This document shows positions 13,920 through 22,931 of a stretch of DNA of 64,000 bases, in pieces (the stretch's first letter is position 1; the number at the start of each line of letters is the position of its first letter). The notes under the pieces are model-generated. The model saw only the letters and a program-made list of their open reading frames with translations, was not told where the DNA came from and ran no database searches. Source of the stretch: a virus. The position numbers were made by a program, and so were the translations under genes. The DNA is taken from positions 96,001-160,000 of the IMG/VR virus record IMGVR_UViG_3300032304_002285; one strand, written 5' to 3'.

Positions 13920-15599
13920 ATGAGTTCTTTGTCTGTATCTATTATCATGAAAAACGAAGAGGGTTGTATTGCAAGGTGTTTATCTACAGTTTCTAAATTT
14001 GCCGATGAGATTATTGTTGTTGATACTGGATCAACTGACAAATCTAAAGAAATTGCAGCAACCTTCTCAAGAGTTAAGCTTTTTGATTCAGAATATTTTA
14101 ACAAAGATACTCATTTTTCTGATTTTGAGTTTGGTAAAGCAAAAAATGAGGCAATCAAGAAGTGTACGAAAGATTGGCTGCTTTGGTGGGATGCAGATGA
14201 TTACATAGATGAAGAGAATATAAATAAGATTTTGGGGATTATTAATACAGAAAAGAACCCTTGTCTTTTTTCTTTTGATATTTCTTATGGATTTTTGCGC
14301 TTTGAGCATTGCCGTCTTTTCAAAAATAATGCAGACATCTTTTTCGATGAGACGCATGCTTGTCATGAATATTTAAACACAAATGGCTTCCCTCTTTATA
14401 TTCGGAAGGACGTTGTTATTCAGCATCTTCCGGAGCACAAGACTGTTTCTTCCTCAAAGCGTAATATTGCTATTATGGAAAAGGATTATTACCGCAGGAA
14501 GCGTCAAGATCCTAGGACCATGTTTTACTTGGCTAATGGGTATAGGGAAGATGGTCAGTATGATAAAGCCATAGATTTTTATGATAAATATCTTCAAGTT
14601 TCCAATTGGAATGAGGAGAGATATTTTGCAAGGTATTATAAAGCTCAGTGTTTATTTCGTTCTGGAAAATTAGAAGAGAGCCGGAATGAGGTTCTTAGGT
14701 CTTTGACAGAAGATTTTCGTTTTGCAGAATCTTTTTGTTTTTTAGGTGATGTTGCTTTTTATTTTAAGGACTATGAAAAGGCGATTCTTTGGTATAAGAT
14801 GGCTTTGTCTACTCCATATCCGAAAGATGCCAGACTTTTTGTTTCTCGCTATTCTTATTCTGATTATCCAACCGCAAAAATTGGTGAGTGTTTATCTTTG
14901 GTTGGAGAAACCGGGCAATTAGCACAAGTAGTACAGCCAGTACAACCAGAAGCTAATCCTGAAGCAAAAGAAGTTACAAAGCGTATTTGTAATTTCACAT
15001 TGCCAGAAGATAAAGGTTTGGCAATGATTGCAGCAATGGTGTTTTCTAATTGTGTTAATAAAGGCTTGGCTGATATAAGCGTATTTGTTAAGGACGATTG
15101 GCAGAGGGCTTTGATGTCCAAATTTGCCAAAATAAGTCTTTCTAATGAATTAGGAGCAAAGATATCACTTCCTTCCAAGCTAAAAGAAAAGCATTTGTTG
15201 GAATGGGTTTCTAGATCTTCTGGTTTTTATGATTTAAATATTGATCCTGTTATTATCAACGGGGATTTTGAAAACCCTAGAGATACGATTTTACTTCAAA
15301 ACGTTATGGATTCTCCTGTTCTTGAGCGGGTAAAAATGTTGAATGGGGGTAAGAGGGCAATTGCAATGGTTAGTGAGGATGGTGGTTTTGACGAGACGGT
15401 TTCTTTTTTTATGAAGGGTTCAATATTTATTGGGAATGCGGGGTGGCTTCAGCATTTAGCACAATGGTTTAATATTCCTGCTTTTATTGTTATGGGAGAT
15501 AAAAATTTCAAAGAATATTCTTGGGGTAATCAAGAGAATGTTCCGACTATGGTTATACCAAAGCTGGAAAGTTTTTATTCTAGGAGTCAACAATGGTAG
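13920..15599 (+). CDS. GT2 glycosyltransferase with TPR repeats (SunS/SgtA-type protein glycosyltransferase architecture) plus a C-terminal GT9-like segment
   Basis: LSVSIIMKNEE...IARCL, IIVVDTGSTD, WLLWWDADD (DxD) and HE motifs. TPR helices DPRTMFYLA...YDKAIDFYDKYL and AESFCFLGD...YEKAILWYKMAL. Confidence 0.85.
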   Translation: MSSLSVSIIMKNEEGCIARCLSTVSKFADEIIVVDTGSTDKSKEIAATFSRVKLFDSEYFNKDTHFSDFEFGKAKNEAIKKCTKDWLLWWDADDYIDEENINKILGIINTEKNPCLFSFDISYGFLRFEHCRLFKNNADIFFDETHACHEYLNTNGFPLYIRKDVVIQHLPEHKTVSSSKRNIAIMEKDYYRRKRQDPRTMFYLANGYREDGQYDKAIDFYDKYLQVSNWNEERYFARYYKAQCLFRSGKLEESRNEVLRSLTEDFRFAESFCFLGDVAFYFKDYEKAILWYKMALSTPYPKDARLFVSRYSYSDYPTAKIGECLSLVGETGQLAQVVQPVQPEANPEAKEVTKRICNFTLPEDKGLAMIAAMVFSNCVNKGLADISVFVKDDWQRALMSKFAKISLSNELGAKISLPSKLKEKHLLEWVSRSSGFYDLNIDPVIINGDFENPRDTILLQNVMDSPVLERVKMLNGGKRAIAMVSEDGGFDETVSFFMKGSIFIGNAGWLQHLAQWFNIPAFIVMGDKNFKEYSWGNQENVPTMVIPKLESFYSRSQQW

Positions 15600-16066
15600 A
15601 CGGGTTTGAGGCATATTATAATCCCCAGTCACTTCATCCTTGTGACTTGCTTGGTATTTTAATTAAAGAATCGAAGCTGATTGGTCTTGTTAATAATTAT
15701 CCGTTGAGGAGAACTGCTGTGCCATATGATGCTATAGAACTTTATGCTGGGAATAAACGTAGACTTAGGCTTTATGTTAAGGATGCAAGTCTTAATCCAA
15801 TTAATTTAACTGGTGCTGTTTGTACTTTTACTTTAAAGAAAATTAAAAGTGGTCCTGTTGTTTTTTCCAAGAGGACTAATTATCCAGCAGAAGGTATGAT
15901 TGGTTCAGCGGATCAGGGCGAGGCTTTCTTTTATGTTAATCCGGCTGATACTCAGAGTTTAGATATTGCTCAATATGTGTATGACGTAAAGGTTGTGCTT
16001 GTGGGGGATGATGGACCCTATACTACTAACGAGGGTGTAATAAATCTTAAGAAGCCTGTAGGGTAA
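15593..16066 (+). CDS. BppU-like (baseplate upper protein N-terminal) domain protein
   Basis: GNKRRLRLYVKD...PINLTGAV.TFTLKK...GE.FFYVNP.DT......YVYDV pattern. Confidence 0.6.
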   Translation: MVDGFEAYYNPQSLHPCDLLGILIKESKLIGLVNNYPLRRTAVPYDAIELYAGNKRRLRLYVKDASLNPINLTGAVCTFTLKKIKSGPVVFSKRTNYPAEGMIGSADQGEAFFYVNPADTQSLDIAQYVYDVKVVLVGDDGPYTTNEGVINLKKPVG

Positions 16067-16081
16067 ACTCCTATTCCTGTT

Positions 16082-16089
16082 GGTATAAT
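16082..16089 (+). promoter_or_regulatory. GG-TATAAT sigma70-type -10 element upstream of the SNF2 gene
   Basis: Perfect TATAAT at 16084-16089, intergenic, 28 nt before the ATG; no canonical -35. Confidence 0.6.
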
Positions 16090-16117
16090 ATCTTAACTGG
16101 GGATCAGGAGTATTATT

Positions 16118-19100
16118 ATGTCTAGAATGTGGGTTCGCAATGATGGCTTTTTAATTATTGAATGTGATTATGAGCAACGGAATTTGGTAAAAGAGATAGG
16201 TGGGAGATGGGATGTAGTAGAAAGGGCTTGGGTTGTTGCATTTAGTATTTCCAATGTGGAATATTTAGTTGACGAGATTGATTCTTTAACGGTTGATCAG
16301 TCTGTTGAAGATAAGCTGCATCAACAGATAGAAAAAGAAGACAAGCTAAATAAAATCCGGGAAATGTCCAAACAGGATGTTCCGGTTCGTCTTCTTGTCC
16401 CTGGTCTTAAGGAGAATTGTAGACTCTATAATTACCAAAAACTGGGTGTTGTCTATTCTTTAACAAATGCAGAAGGGGTATTAATTGCCGACGAAATGGG
16501 TTTGGGAAAATTTTGTGCTATAAACACCCCCGTATTAACAGCTTATGGCTGGCAACCAATTGGTTCTTTGAAGGTCGGGGACATGGTTTATTCGAGGGCT
16601 GGAACCCTTAGCCGGGTAAATGGAGTTTATCCTCAGGGTGTGAAAGAATTACTGAAAGTAACTTTTAGTGATGGGTTTTCATGTGAGTGTGGGTGGGAGC
16701 ATCTTTGGATAGCCCAGACGGACAACAATGCGAAGAGGAAGCAGGGGTGGAGAGTTCTCGACACTCGACAATTATTTGGTGACTTACACTACAAGGATAA
16801 AAGGGCCAAGTGGCGGATACCCTTGGTCGAACCAATCGCCTATAACACTAAGACGTATATCATACCACCATATCTAATGGGAGTGTTGCTTGGGGATGGT
16901 TCCTTGACAGATGGAGTAACCTTTGTTCCTGGGGATGATGAAACTCCATTTCTTGTACAGAAGGCTGTACCTCCGGGTTATAGCTTGCATAAGAATGCTG
17001 ATTATGGAACGTCAACTCGGTATTCTATTGTTTATAAAGGCAGTGGATACGAGAACCCACTAAAAACTCAAATTGTTAAATATGGACTAAATGTTACTGG
17101 GGAAAGGAAGTTTATTCCTCATGAATATCTTGAAGGAAGCATAGAACAACGGAAGCAGTTGTTGGCTGGCTTATTGGATACAGATGGTTCTGCAATGAAA
17201 GCTAGGACTAGGTTTTCAACAGTATCGGAACGTCTTGCTGATGACGTTATCGAGCTTGTTCATAGTCTGGGTGGAATGGCTACTAAGTCTCTTGTTCCTG
17301 GCAGATTAAGGGTAAGGGATGGGAAGCAGGTTCAGGAGCAGGATTGTTGGCAATTGGTTGTTAGAACTAGTTTTAATCCATTTTCCCGTCCATCTTCTAT
17401 TGCGAAGTGGAAGAGATCATCAAAACTTGTCAGGAATATTGTAAGTATTGAGCCTGTACGGTATGATGATGCGGTATGTATTGCTGTTGATTCCAAAGAT
17501 CATTCGTATGTTATTCAGCATCATATTGTAACACACAATACCCTGCAAGGTCTTGCTATTTCGTTGGTTAGGAAGAATAAGAACGGGGCAAAAAAGTGTC
17601 TTATTGTCACTCCTGCTTCTTTAAAGTACAATTGGCCAATTGAAATCGAAAAATTTACAGATGAGAAGTTTGTGGTAATTGATGGGAGTCCAGAAGAGAG
17701 GATTGCTCAATGGATGCGGGATGACGTTTATTATTACGTTGTTAATTTTGAGCTTATTCTTGAGGATTTGTTTGGAGGTAGGGAATATAAAGAAGATCCA
17801 GATGATGATGAAGAGAAGACTGCCAGAAAAAAAGAATTAAAAGCTAAGGCTCAATTTAGGAAGAAAATTTTAAGTTCTGTAAAAGAACGAGATTGGGATA
17901 TGATCCTTGTGGATGAATCCCATGCCCTTAAATCTCATGCTAGCAAGAGAAGTAAGTGTATAAAGCAATTGAAGAGTAAATTCCGAGTGGCTTTAACAGG
18001 TACTCCGATGGATGGGAGATTAGAAGAGTTACATTCAGTTATGGAATTTGTTTATCCTGGGTTGTTGGAATCAAGAACCAGATTTCTTCAGAAGCATGCC
18101 ATTACTGATTTCTGGGGAAAGGTGACTGGGTATAAAGATATTGATGATGTAAAGAAGCGGATAGCTCATTGTTTTATTCGCAGATTAAAGGCTGATGTTT
18201 TAAAGGACTTGCCTAATAAAATCTATCAGAATAGGATTGTGGTTCTATCAAAGGAAGAAGAAAAAATCTACAAGGCGTTAGCTTCTTCGGGTCATGTAGC
18301 AACCCAAGATACTGAAGCCATGGTTACTGTGATCAGATGTAAGCAGTTTTGTGATTATCCTGGATTAATTGGTGAGAATTGCAAGGTGAATTCTAAGCTT
18401 GAGGCTTTTAAGGAGATTTTGGATGAGGTAATTATTCAAAATGGGCATAAGGTTCTGGTTTTTAGTCAGTATAAGCAGATGATAGATGTTTTGGTGAAAG
18501 TAATGGAAGAGATGAATCTGAAATATCTTCGGATTGACGGAGATACACCAAAGCAGCTTCGAGCGGGGATGCAAAAGCAATTCAACGAGGATAAATCAAT
18601 AGATTCGATGATTGGCACAGAGGCTATGTCTACTGGTTTGAATTTCACCTCTGCTGATTATGTAATTAATTATGATGACAATTGGGCTCCTGCTATTATG
18701 GCTCAGAGGGAGGATCGGTGTGTTATAGAGGGTCAGTATGTCAATACGGATCGCGGGATGGTTAAGATTGAGGATGTTAAGACTGGGGATATGGTTTTAA
18801 CTCATCGGGGTAGATATCGGAAGGTATTAGACGTATGGAATAAACTTCATAGATCTAATACAACTGGTGGATTAACAACGGAAATCAAATACAGAAGATA
18901 TGGCTATCCATTAAAAGTAACCCATGATCATTTAGTTTTGATCCTTAGGGGTGAAAAAATAGATTGGATGGAGGCAGTTGATGTCCGTCCTCGTGATTTT
19001 TTATTATCTCCTATTTTGTCTGAAGAAAGAAATGACCCTGGTGAATTGGAATTTCCAGAGGAGTTTTCTTTTAATAAGATGCAGAGATTAAATGGTTCTG

Positions 19101-20005
19101 CTGAATTTGTTAATGGTAGATATCATCCATTGCCAAGAGCCATCAAGATAGATGACGACTTCCTTTTTGTTGTTGGTTGGTATTTGGCGGAAGGGTTTTG
19201 TTCTATTTCAAATGACAAAGGCAAGTTTGTTTCTTTTTCTGGGCATGTTAAGGAGATGAGTATTCTGGAAAGGATAAAAAAGTATTCTAAGGAAATACTT
19301 GGAATAAATGGAACAATAAATAAGCCAGCAACTAACGGGATAGAATTAAGAGTATATAGCTCTGAGTTGGCTTTTTGGTTTGAAAGTTTATTTGGGGGCG
19401 AATGTTTTAAAAAACAAATACCCCACGATTGGCTTGTAAAGTGGGATATAAAATATTTAGAAAAAATATATGGAGCATATGTCCAGGGGGATGGGTATTT
19501 TAGAAGGAACACTAAAGAATGGGTTACTGTTTCTCCAATTCTTTCTTTACAAATGACGAAAATAACCGAAATGATGGGTTATCCTTCAACGTTGAGGCAG
19601 GTTGATAATTGCCATAATAAGGGCCATTGGATTGGCGCTTTAACGGCAAATGGAGATTACAGAAGTTCGCCTCTTTTAAATAAGAAAGTGGATGGTTATG
19701 TATGTCTTCCTGTTTCTGAGGTTATGACAAGAATAGAGACCAGTAAGAAAGTTCGGGTTTATGATTTAACTGTTGAGGAAGATTCTTCCTTTGTTGTTGG
19801 AAGGGCGGCTGTTCACAATTGTCATCGCCTTGGCCAGAAAAATGTAGTTAATGTAATTAATTTTGTTTGTAAAAATACGATCGAGGAAAGGATTCGTGGT
19901 GTTTTATATGGAAAGTCTGTTGTTTCAGCGGAGACACTTGGGGATGATGTAGACGATATGGTTTTACATCGGTTGGGACCTAAAGATATTGCTAAATTGC
20001 TTTAA
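16118..20005 (+). CDS. SNF2/SWI2-family helicase with two inteins (1295-aa precursor, about 585 aa spliced)
   Basis: Exteins contain ADEMGLGK|T (motif I), ILVDESH (II), ALTGTP (III), KVLVFSQY (IV), GLNFT.AD.VI.YD..W.PA (V) and QREDR|CHRLGQ (VI). Confidence 0.92.
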   Translation: MSRMWVRNDGFLIIECDYEQRNLVKEIGGRWDVVERAWVVAFSISNVEYLVDEIDSLTVDQSVEDKLHQQIEKEDKLNKIREMSKQDVPVRLLVPGLKENCRLYNYQKLGVVYSLTNAEGVLIADEMGLGKFCAINTPVLTAYGWQPIGSLKVGDMVYSRAGTLSRVNGVYPQGVKELLKVTFSDGFSCECGWEHLWIAQTDNNAKRKQGWRVLDTRQLFGDLHYKDKRAKWRIPLVEPIAYNTKTYIIPPYLMGVLLGDGSLTDGVTFVPGDDETPFLVQKAVPPGYSLHKNADYGTSTRYSIVYKGSGYENPLKTQIVKYGLNVTGERKFIPHEYLEGSIEQRKQLLAGLLDTDGSAMKARTRFSTVSERLADDVIELVHSLGGMATKSLVPGRLRVRDGKQVQEQDCWQLVVRTSFNPFSRPSSIAKWKRSSKLVRNIVSIEPVRYDDAVCIAVDSKDHSYVIQHHIVTHNTLQGLAISLVRKNKNGAKKCLIVTPASLKYNWPIEIEKFTDEKFVVIDGSPEERIAQWMRDDVYYYVVNFELILEDLFGGREYKEDPDDDEEKTARKKELKAKAQFRKKILSSVKERDWDMILVDESHALKSHASKRSKCIKQLKSKFRVALTGTPMDGRLEELHSVMEFVYPGLLESRTRFLQKHAITDFWGKVTGYKDIDDVKKRIAHCFIRRLKADVLKDLPNKIYQNRIVVLSKEEEKIYKALASSGHVATQDTEAMVTVIRCKQFCDYPGLIGENCKVNSKLEAFKEILDEVIIQNGHKVLVFSQYKQMIDVLVKVMEEMNLKYLRIDGDTPKQLRAGMQKQFNEDKSIDSMIGTEAMSTGLNFTSADYVINYDDNWAPAIMAQREDRCVIEGQYVNTDRGMVKIEDVKTGDMVLTHRGRYRKVLDVWNKLHRSNTTGGLTTEIKYRRYGYPLKVTHDHLVLILRGEKIDWMEAVDVRPRDFLLSPILSEERNDPGELEFPEEFSFNKMQRLNGSAEFVNGRYHPLPRAIKIDDDFLFVVGWYLAEGFCSISNDKGKFVSFSGHVKEMSILERIKKYSKEILGINGTINKPATNGIELRVYSSELAFWFESLFGGECFKKQIPHDWLVKWDIKYLEKIYGAYVQGDGYFRRNTKEWVTVSPILSLQMTKITEMMGYPSTLRQVDNCHNKGHWIGALTANGDYRSSPLLNKKVDGYVCLPVSEVMTRIETSKKVRVYDLTVEEDSSFVVGRAAVHNCHRLGQKNVVNVINFVCKNTIEERIRGVLYGKSVVSAETLGDDVDDMVLHRLGPKDIAKLL
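16511..17539 (+). mobile_element. Intein 1 (343 aa, class 3 type) with LAGLIDADG homing endonuclease, inserted in Walker A (GK|T)
   Basis: Starts FCAINTPVLTAYGW, block B ..EHLW, block F VCIAVD, ends VTHN before Thr. LAGLIDADG-like motifs YLMGVLLGDGS and LLAGLLDTDGS. Confidence 0.88.
18719..19819 (+). mobile_element. Intein 2 (367 aa, class 1) with LAGLIDADG homing endonuclease, inserted in helicase motif VI (DR|C)
   Basis: Starts CVIEGQYV, block B VTHDH, block F VYDLTV, ends VHN before Cys. Motifs VGWYLAEG and YGAYVQGDG. Confidence 0.9.
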
Positions 20006-20017
20006 TGGGAGAGGTTT

Positions 20018-21841
20018 ATGTCTGGTTTTAATGACACTATGGAGCTAGAGCGTTCGCTTTTGCATCTTCTTGTTACTCAGAAGATGACTCTTCAGAAAAT
20101 CCACAATAAAATCAAAGAAGATTATTTTACATCTAAAGAAAGAAAGTTTATCCGGGATAATATTGTCCGTACCTTTAAGACTTCTAAGGGGTTGTTGACT
20201 CAAAACATTTTTGATTATGAGGTAAGAAGCCGGATTGATGTTAAGGATGCTCATTTTTATGAAATGGAATGGAGCCTTATTAATGGCTTGCAAGGTAAGG
20301 ATGAGCCTGAGGTTTTGTTAGAAAGATTAGGGAAGGCTCATGTTGGAAGGCAATTATTAGACGTTGCTGAATCTGTGGCTGAGTTTATTGAAAAAGGAAA
20401 GATTGATGAAGCTCAGCGTTTCATCAAAACTTCTCTTTCTAAGATATCGGATCAAAAGCAAACTCCTGATATTGTAGAGCTTACGGATTATAAGCATCGG
20501 CTTGAGGTTATTCAGGATAAGAAGGATCATCCAGAAAAATATCTTGGGATAAAGACAGGCTTTGCTACTTTTGATAATGCTACTGGTGGTTTATTCCCTG
20601 GTGAATTGACTTTGTTTTCTGCTATTACTGGTGTGGGTAAGTCTACTATTCTTAAGCAGATAGAGACGGGAATTATTAAGTGCAATAAGAATAAGAATGT
20701 ACTTCATATTTGTAATGAGGAGCATCTATTACAGGTTGAGACAAAATTTGATGCTCAAATGAGTGGAATCCCATATAGGGATTTTAAGTTGGCTACGATT
20801 ACTGATGAAAATTTGGAAAAATGGAAAACAATAATGGAGGTAGATTTAAGGCAACCCGGAATTGGGAGAATTTTTGTAAAAGAAGTTCCAGCTTTTACTG
20901 ATATCACTTTGATTGAGGAGGCGATTAGGGAATTAGAGGCAAAGGGAATTAAGATTGATGTTGTGATCATTGACCATTTGCCCCACGTAAAACCGGTTGA
21001 GCAGGCTTGGGGGGAATTTGATGAACAAGGGAAAGCTGCTACTGATTGTAAGGAGTTGGGTAGGGCTTTCCATTTGGCTGTGGTTACTGCAACTCAGGCT
21101 TCAACAGAAGTAGAAAAGAAACAGACTAAGGGAAAGGCTGCTGGGAAGATGGATGTATATGGATCTAAGGAGCAGGTTCATGTAGCAAATACCTCTATTG
21201 CTGTGACTGTAACCGGGAAAGACGATTCAGATCTCAGCATTCCAGAATGGGAAAGAGATGTTTATTGGAGTGTTGATATCAAAAAGAATCGTGATGGTGC
21301 TTGTTTCGCATTTAAGGCTGTTCATCATGTAAAATATGGATTTGTTGAGGAAAGGAAGGAGGAGCCTAAGCAGAATAAGGCGGTAGATAATTCATTAAAT
21401 AATGCTGTTGGCGAAGTAGGGAAAGGAACAGAGAAAGGGAAACAGAGCAAGAAGCAAGAAGAGAAGACAACGGAAGAAAAGCCAAAGGAAGAGAGTACAA
21501 AGGAAGTGGATCAAGAGGAAAAACCGAAAGAGGATTCACAGCAGGAAGAAAAACAAGTAGAGGATGATCCAAAGCCTCAAGAGGAAGTTAAAAAAGAGGA
21601 AGAGGTGGAGGTTGGTGTTGATGCGGGAGTTCCAATTTCTTTTCTTGATAAACAAAAGGCTTTGGAAAAAACAGGAATGAAACCAATAGCTAATAGTGAA
21701 ATAGAGACTTCGGATGAGGCTATGGAAGAAGTGAAAAAATTAGTTATTACTAATCAGCCGGTTGCCATTTCTCAGCCGAAGGTGGAAAAAACTTTGGTAA
21801 GTACAATTAAGAAGCCAAAAATTTTAGGTTTTAATTCTTAG
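20018..21841 (+). CDS. dnaB: DnaB-family replicative helicase with a long acidic low-complexity C-terminal tail
   Basis: GIKTGF..FD..TGG..PGEL, Walker A ITGVGKS, VVIIDHL, TATQ, IKKNRDG. Confidence 0.85.
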   Translation: MSGFNDTMELERSLLHLLVTQKMTLQKIHNKIKEDYFTSKERKFIRDNIVRTFKTSKGLLTQNIFDYEVRSRIDVKDAHFYEMEWSLINGLQGKDEPEVLLERLGKAHVGRQLLDVAESVAEFIEKGKIDEAQRFIKTSLSKISDQKQTPDIVELTDYKHRLEVIQDKKDHPEKYLGIKTGFATFDNATGGLFPGELTLFSAITGVGKSTILKQIETGIIKCNKNKNVLHICNEEHLLQVETKFDAQMSGIPYRDFKLATITDENLEKWKTIMEVDLRQPGIGRIFVKEVPAFTDITLIEEAIRELEAKGIKIDVVIIDHLPHVKPVEQAWGEFDEQGKAATDCKELGRAFHLAVVTATQASTEVEKKQTKGKAAGKMDVYGSKEQVHVANTSIAVTVTGKDDSDLSIPEWERDVYWSVDIKKNRDGACFAFKAVHHVKYGFVEERKEEPKQNKAVDNSLNNAVGEVGKGTEKGKQSKKQEEKTTEEKPKEESTKEVDQEEKPKEDSQQEEKQVEDDPKPQEEVKKEEEVEVGVDAGVPISFLDKQKALEKTGMKPIANSEIETSDEAMEEVKKLVITNQPVAISQPKVEKTLVSTIKKPKILGFNS

Positions 21842-21920
21842 GATCAGGGTGAGGATTGGGTTCTCAACGGTATAATGGTTTGTCGTTCAATTTGGGAACA
21901 AAAGACAGAAGGGCAATCAG

Positions 21921-22928
21921 ATGAAGAAGGATCAGGAAGAAATGGTTAATCAAGCTGAAGAGCATGCCTTGCTGATGTCTCAGGGAATTGGGAGTTCTTT
22001 TGCTGGGATTTATTATGTTGAATCGGCTTATGTTAAGCTGACAGCCCAGAATAAGAAATATACCGATTTGATTCTGCGGGATAAGTCTGGTGGGAGAAAC
22101 GTAAAGTACTGGGGAACGGTTCAGGATGTGAATGCTGGGACCTTTGTTTTAGTTTCTGCAATGGTTGAGGATTATCAAGGTAGCCCTTCTATCATTGCCA
22201 AGAATCTGGAAAAGGTTGATGATCCAGATGATTTGTCAGATTTCATTGCTGTTTTTGAGAATATTAAAGAGGTTGAAGATCGGTTTGTTCAACTTGTGGA
22301 TCAGGTTGTAAAGATGGAGTCTCAAGAAGGGCAAGAAACCTGTACTCTTCTTCTTGGTGAGGTTTTTGATGCTAATGAGGCTTTGTATCAAAAGTTTGTG
22401 GAATCTCCGGGGAGTGAGAATCCCTATTATGGAAGGATGGGAGGATTGCTTGTCTCTACTGTAAACGTTGCTGAGAATGTTATGGCATTGGCTGGACGTT
22501 ATGAGATGTCTAATATGGAAAAGGCTATTGCTCTAACTTCTGCTCTGTTGCATAAGATTGGTGCAGTTGATGGTTTTGAGTTCAAGAATTGTTTGCCTAA
22601 AACAACCAAGAAGGGTTTGTTGTTGGGCTTGAACAATTTGACATTCAATCGGATGTCCATTGCTATTAGGAAGGCTGTTGCAGAGGCGAAGGCTCAGGGG
22701 AAGGCTGTATCTCAGGAATTGATTCTGCTTATTCTGCATGCGGTTTCTTCTTATGATGAGACTTCTGTAAAGCCGATGTCTAAGGAGGCATTGCTTCTTT
22801 CTGCTGCTGTTAAGTGTGATAAGGAAATGGTTGAATCTTTCGATTTCATTTCCAATGATCTTAATACTTCGGAAGAGTTTACGGCTTATGACGTTCGTAA
22901 GGGACGTAAATATCTTCGGGGTGCATAA
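21921..22928 (+). CDS. YhaM/Cbf1-like OB-fold + HD-domain protein, catalytic residues degenerate
   Basis: N-terminal OB fold (YTDLILRDKSG....KYW). HD region GGLLVST and ALLHKIG in place of the usual HH..GGL..H and LLHDIGK. Confidence 0.7.
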   Translation: MKKDQEEMVNQAEEHALLMSQGIGSSFAGIYYVESAYVKLTAQNKKYTDLILRDKSGGRNVKYWGTVQDVNAGTFVLVSAMVEDYQGSPSIIAKNLEKVDDPDDLSDFIAVFENIKEVEDRFVQLVDQVVKMESQEGQETCTLLLGEVFDANEALYQKFVESPGSENPYYGRMGGLLVSTVNVAENVMALAGRYEMSNMEKAIALTSALLHKIGAVDGFEFKNCLPKTTKKGLLLGLNNLTFNRMSIAIRKAVAEAKAQGKAVSQELILLILHAVSSYDETSVKPMSKEALLLSAAVKCDKEMVESFDFISNDLNTSEEFTAYDVRKGRKYLRGA

Positions 22929-22931
22929 CCA

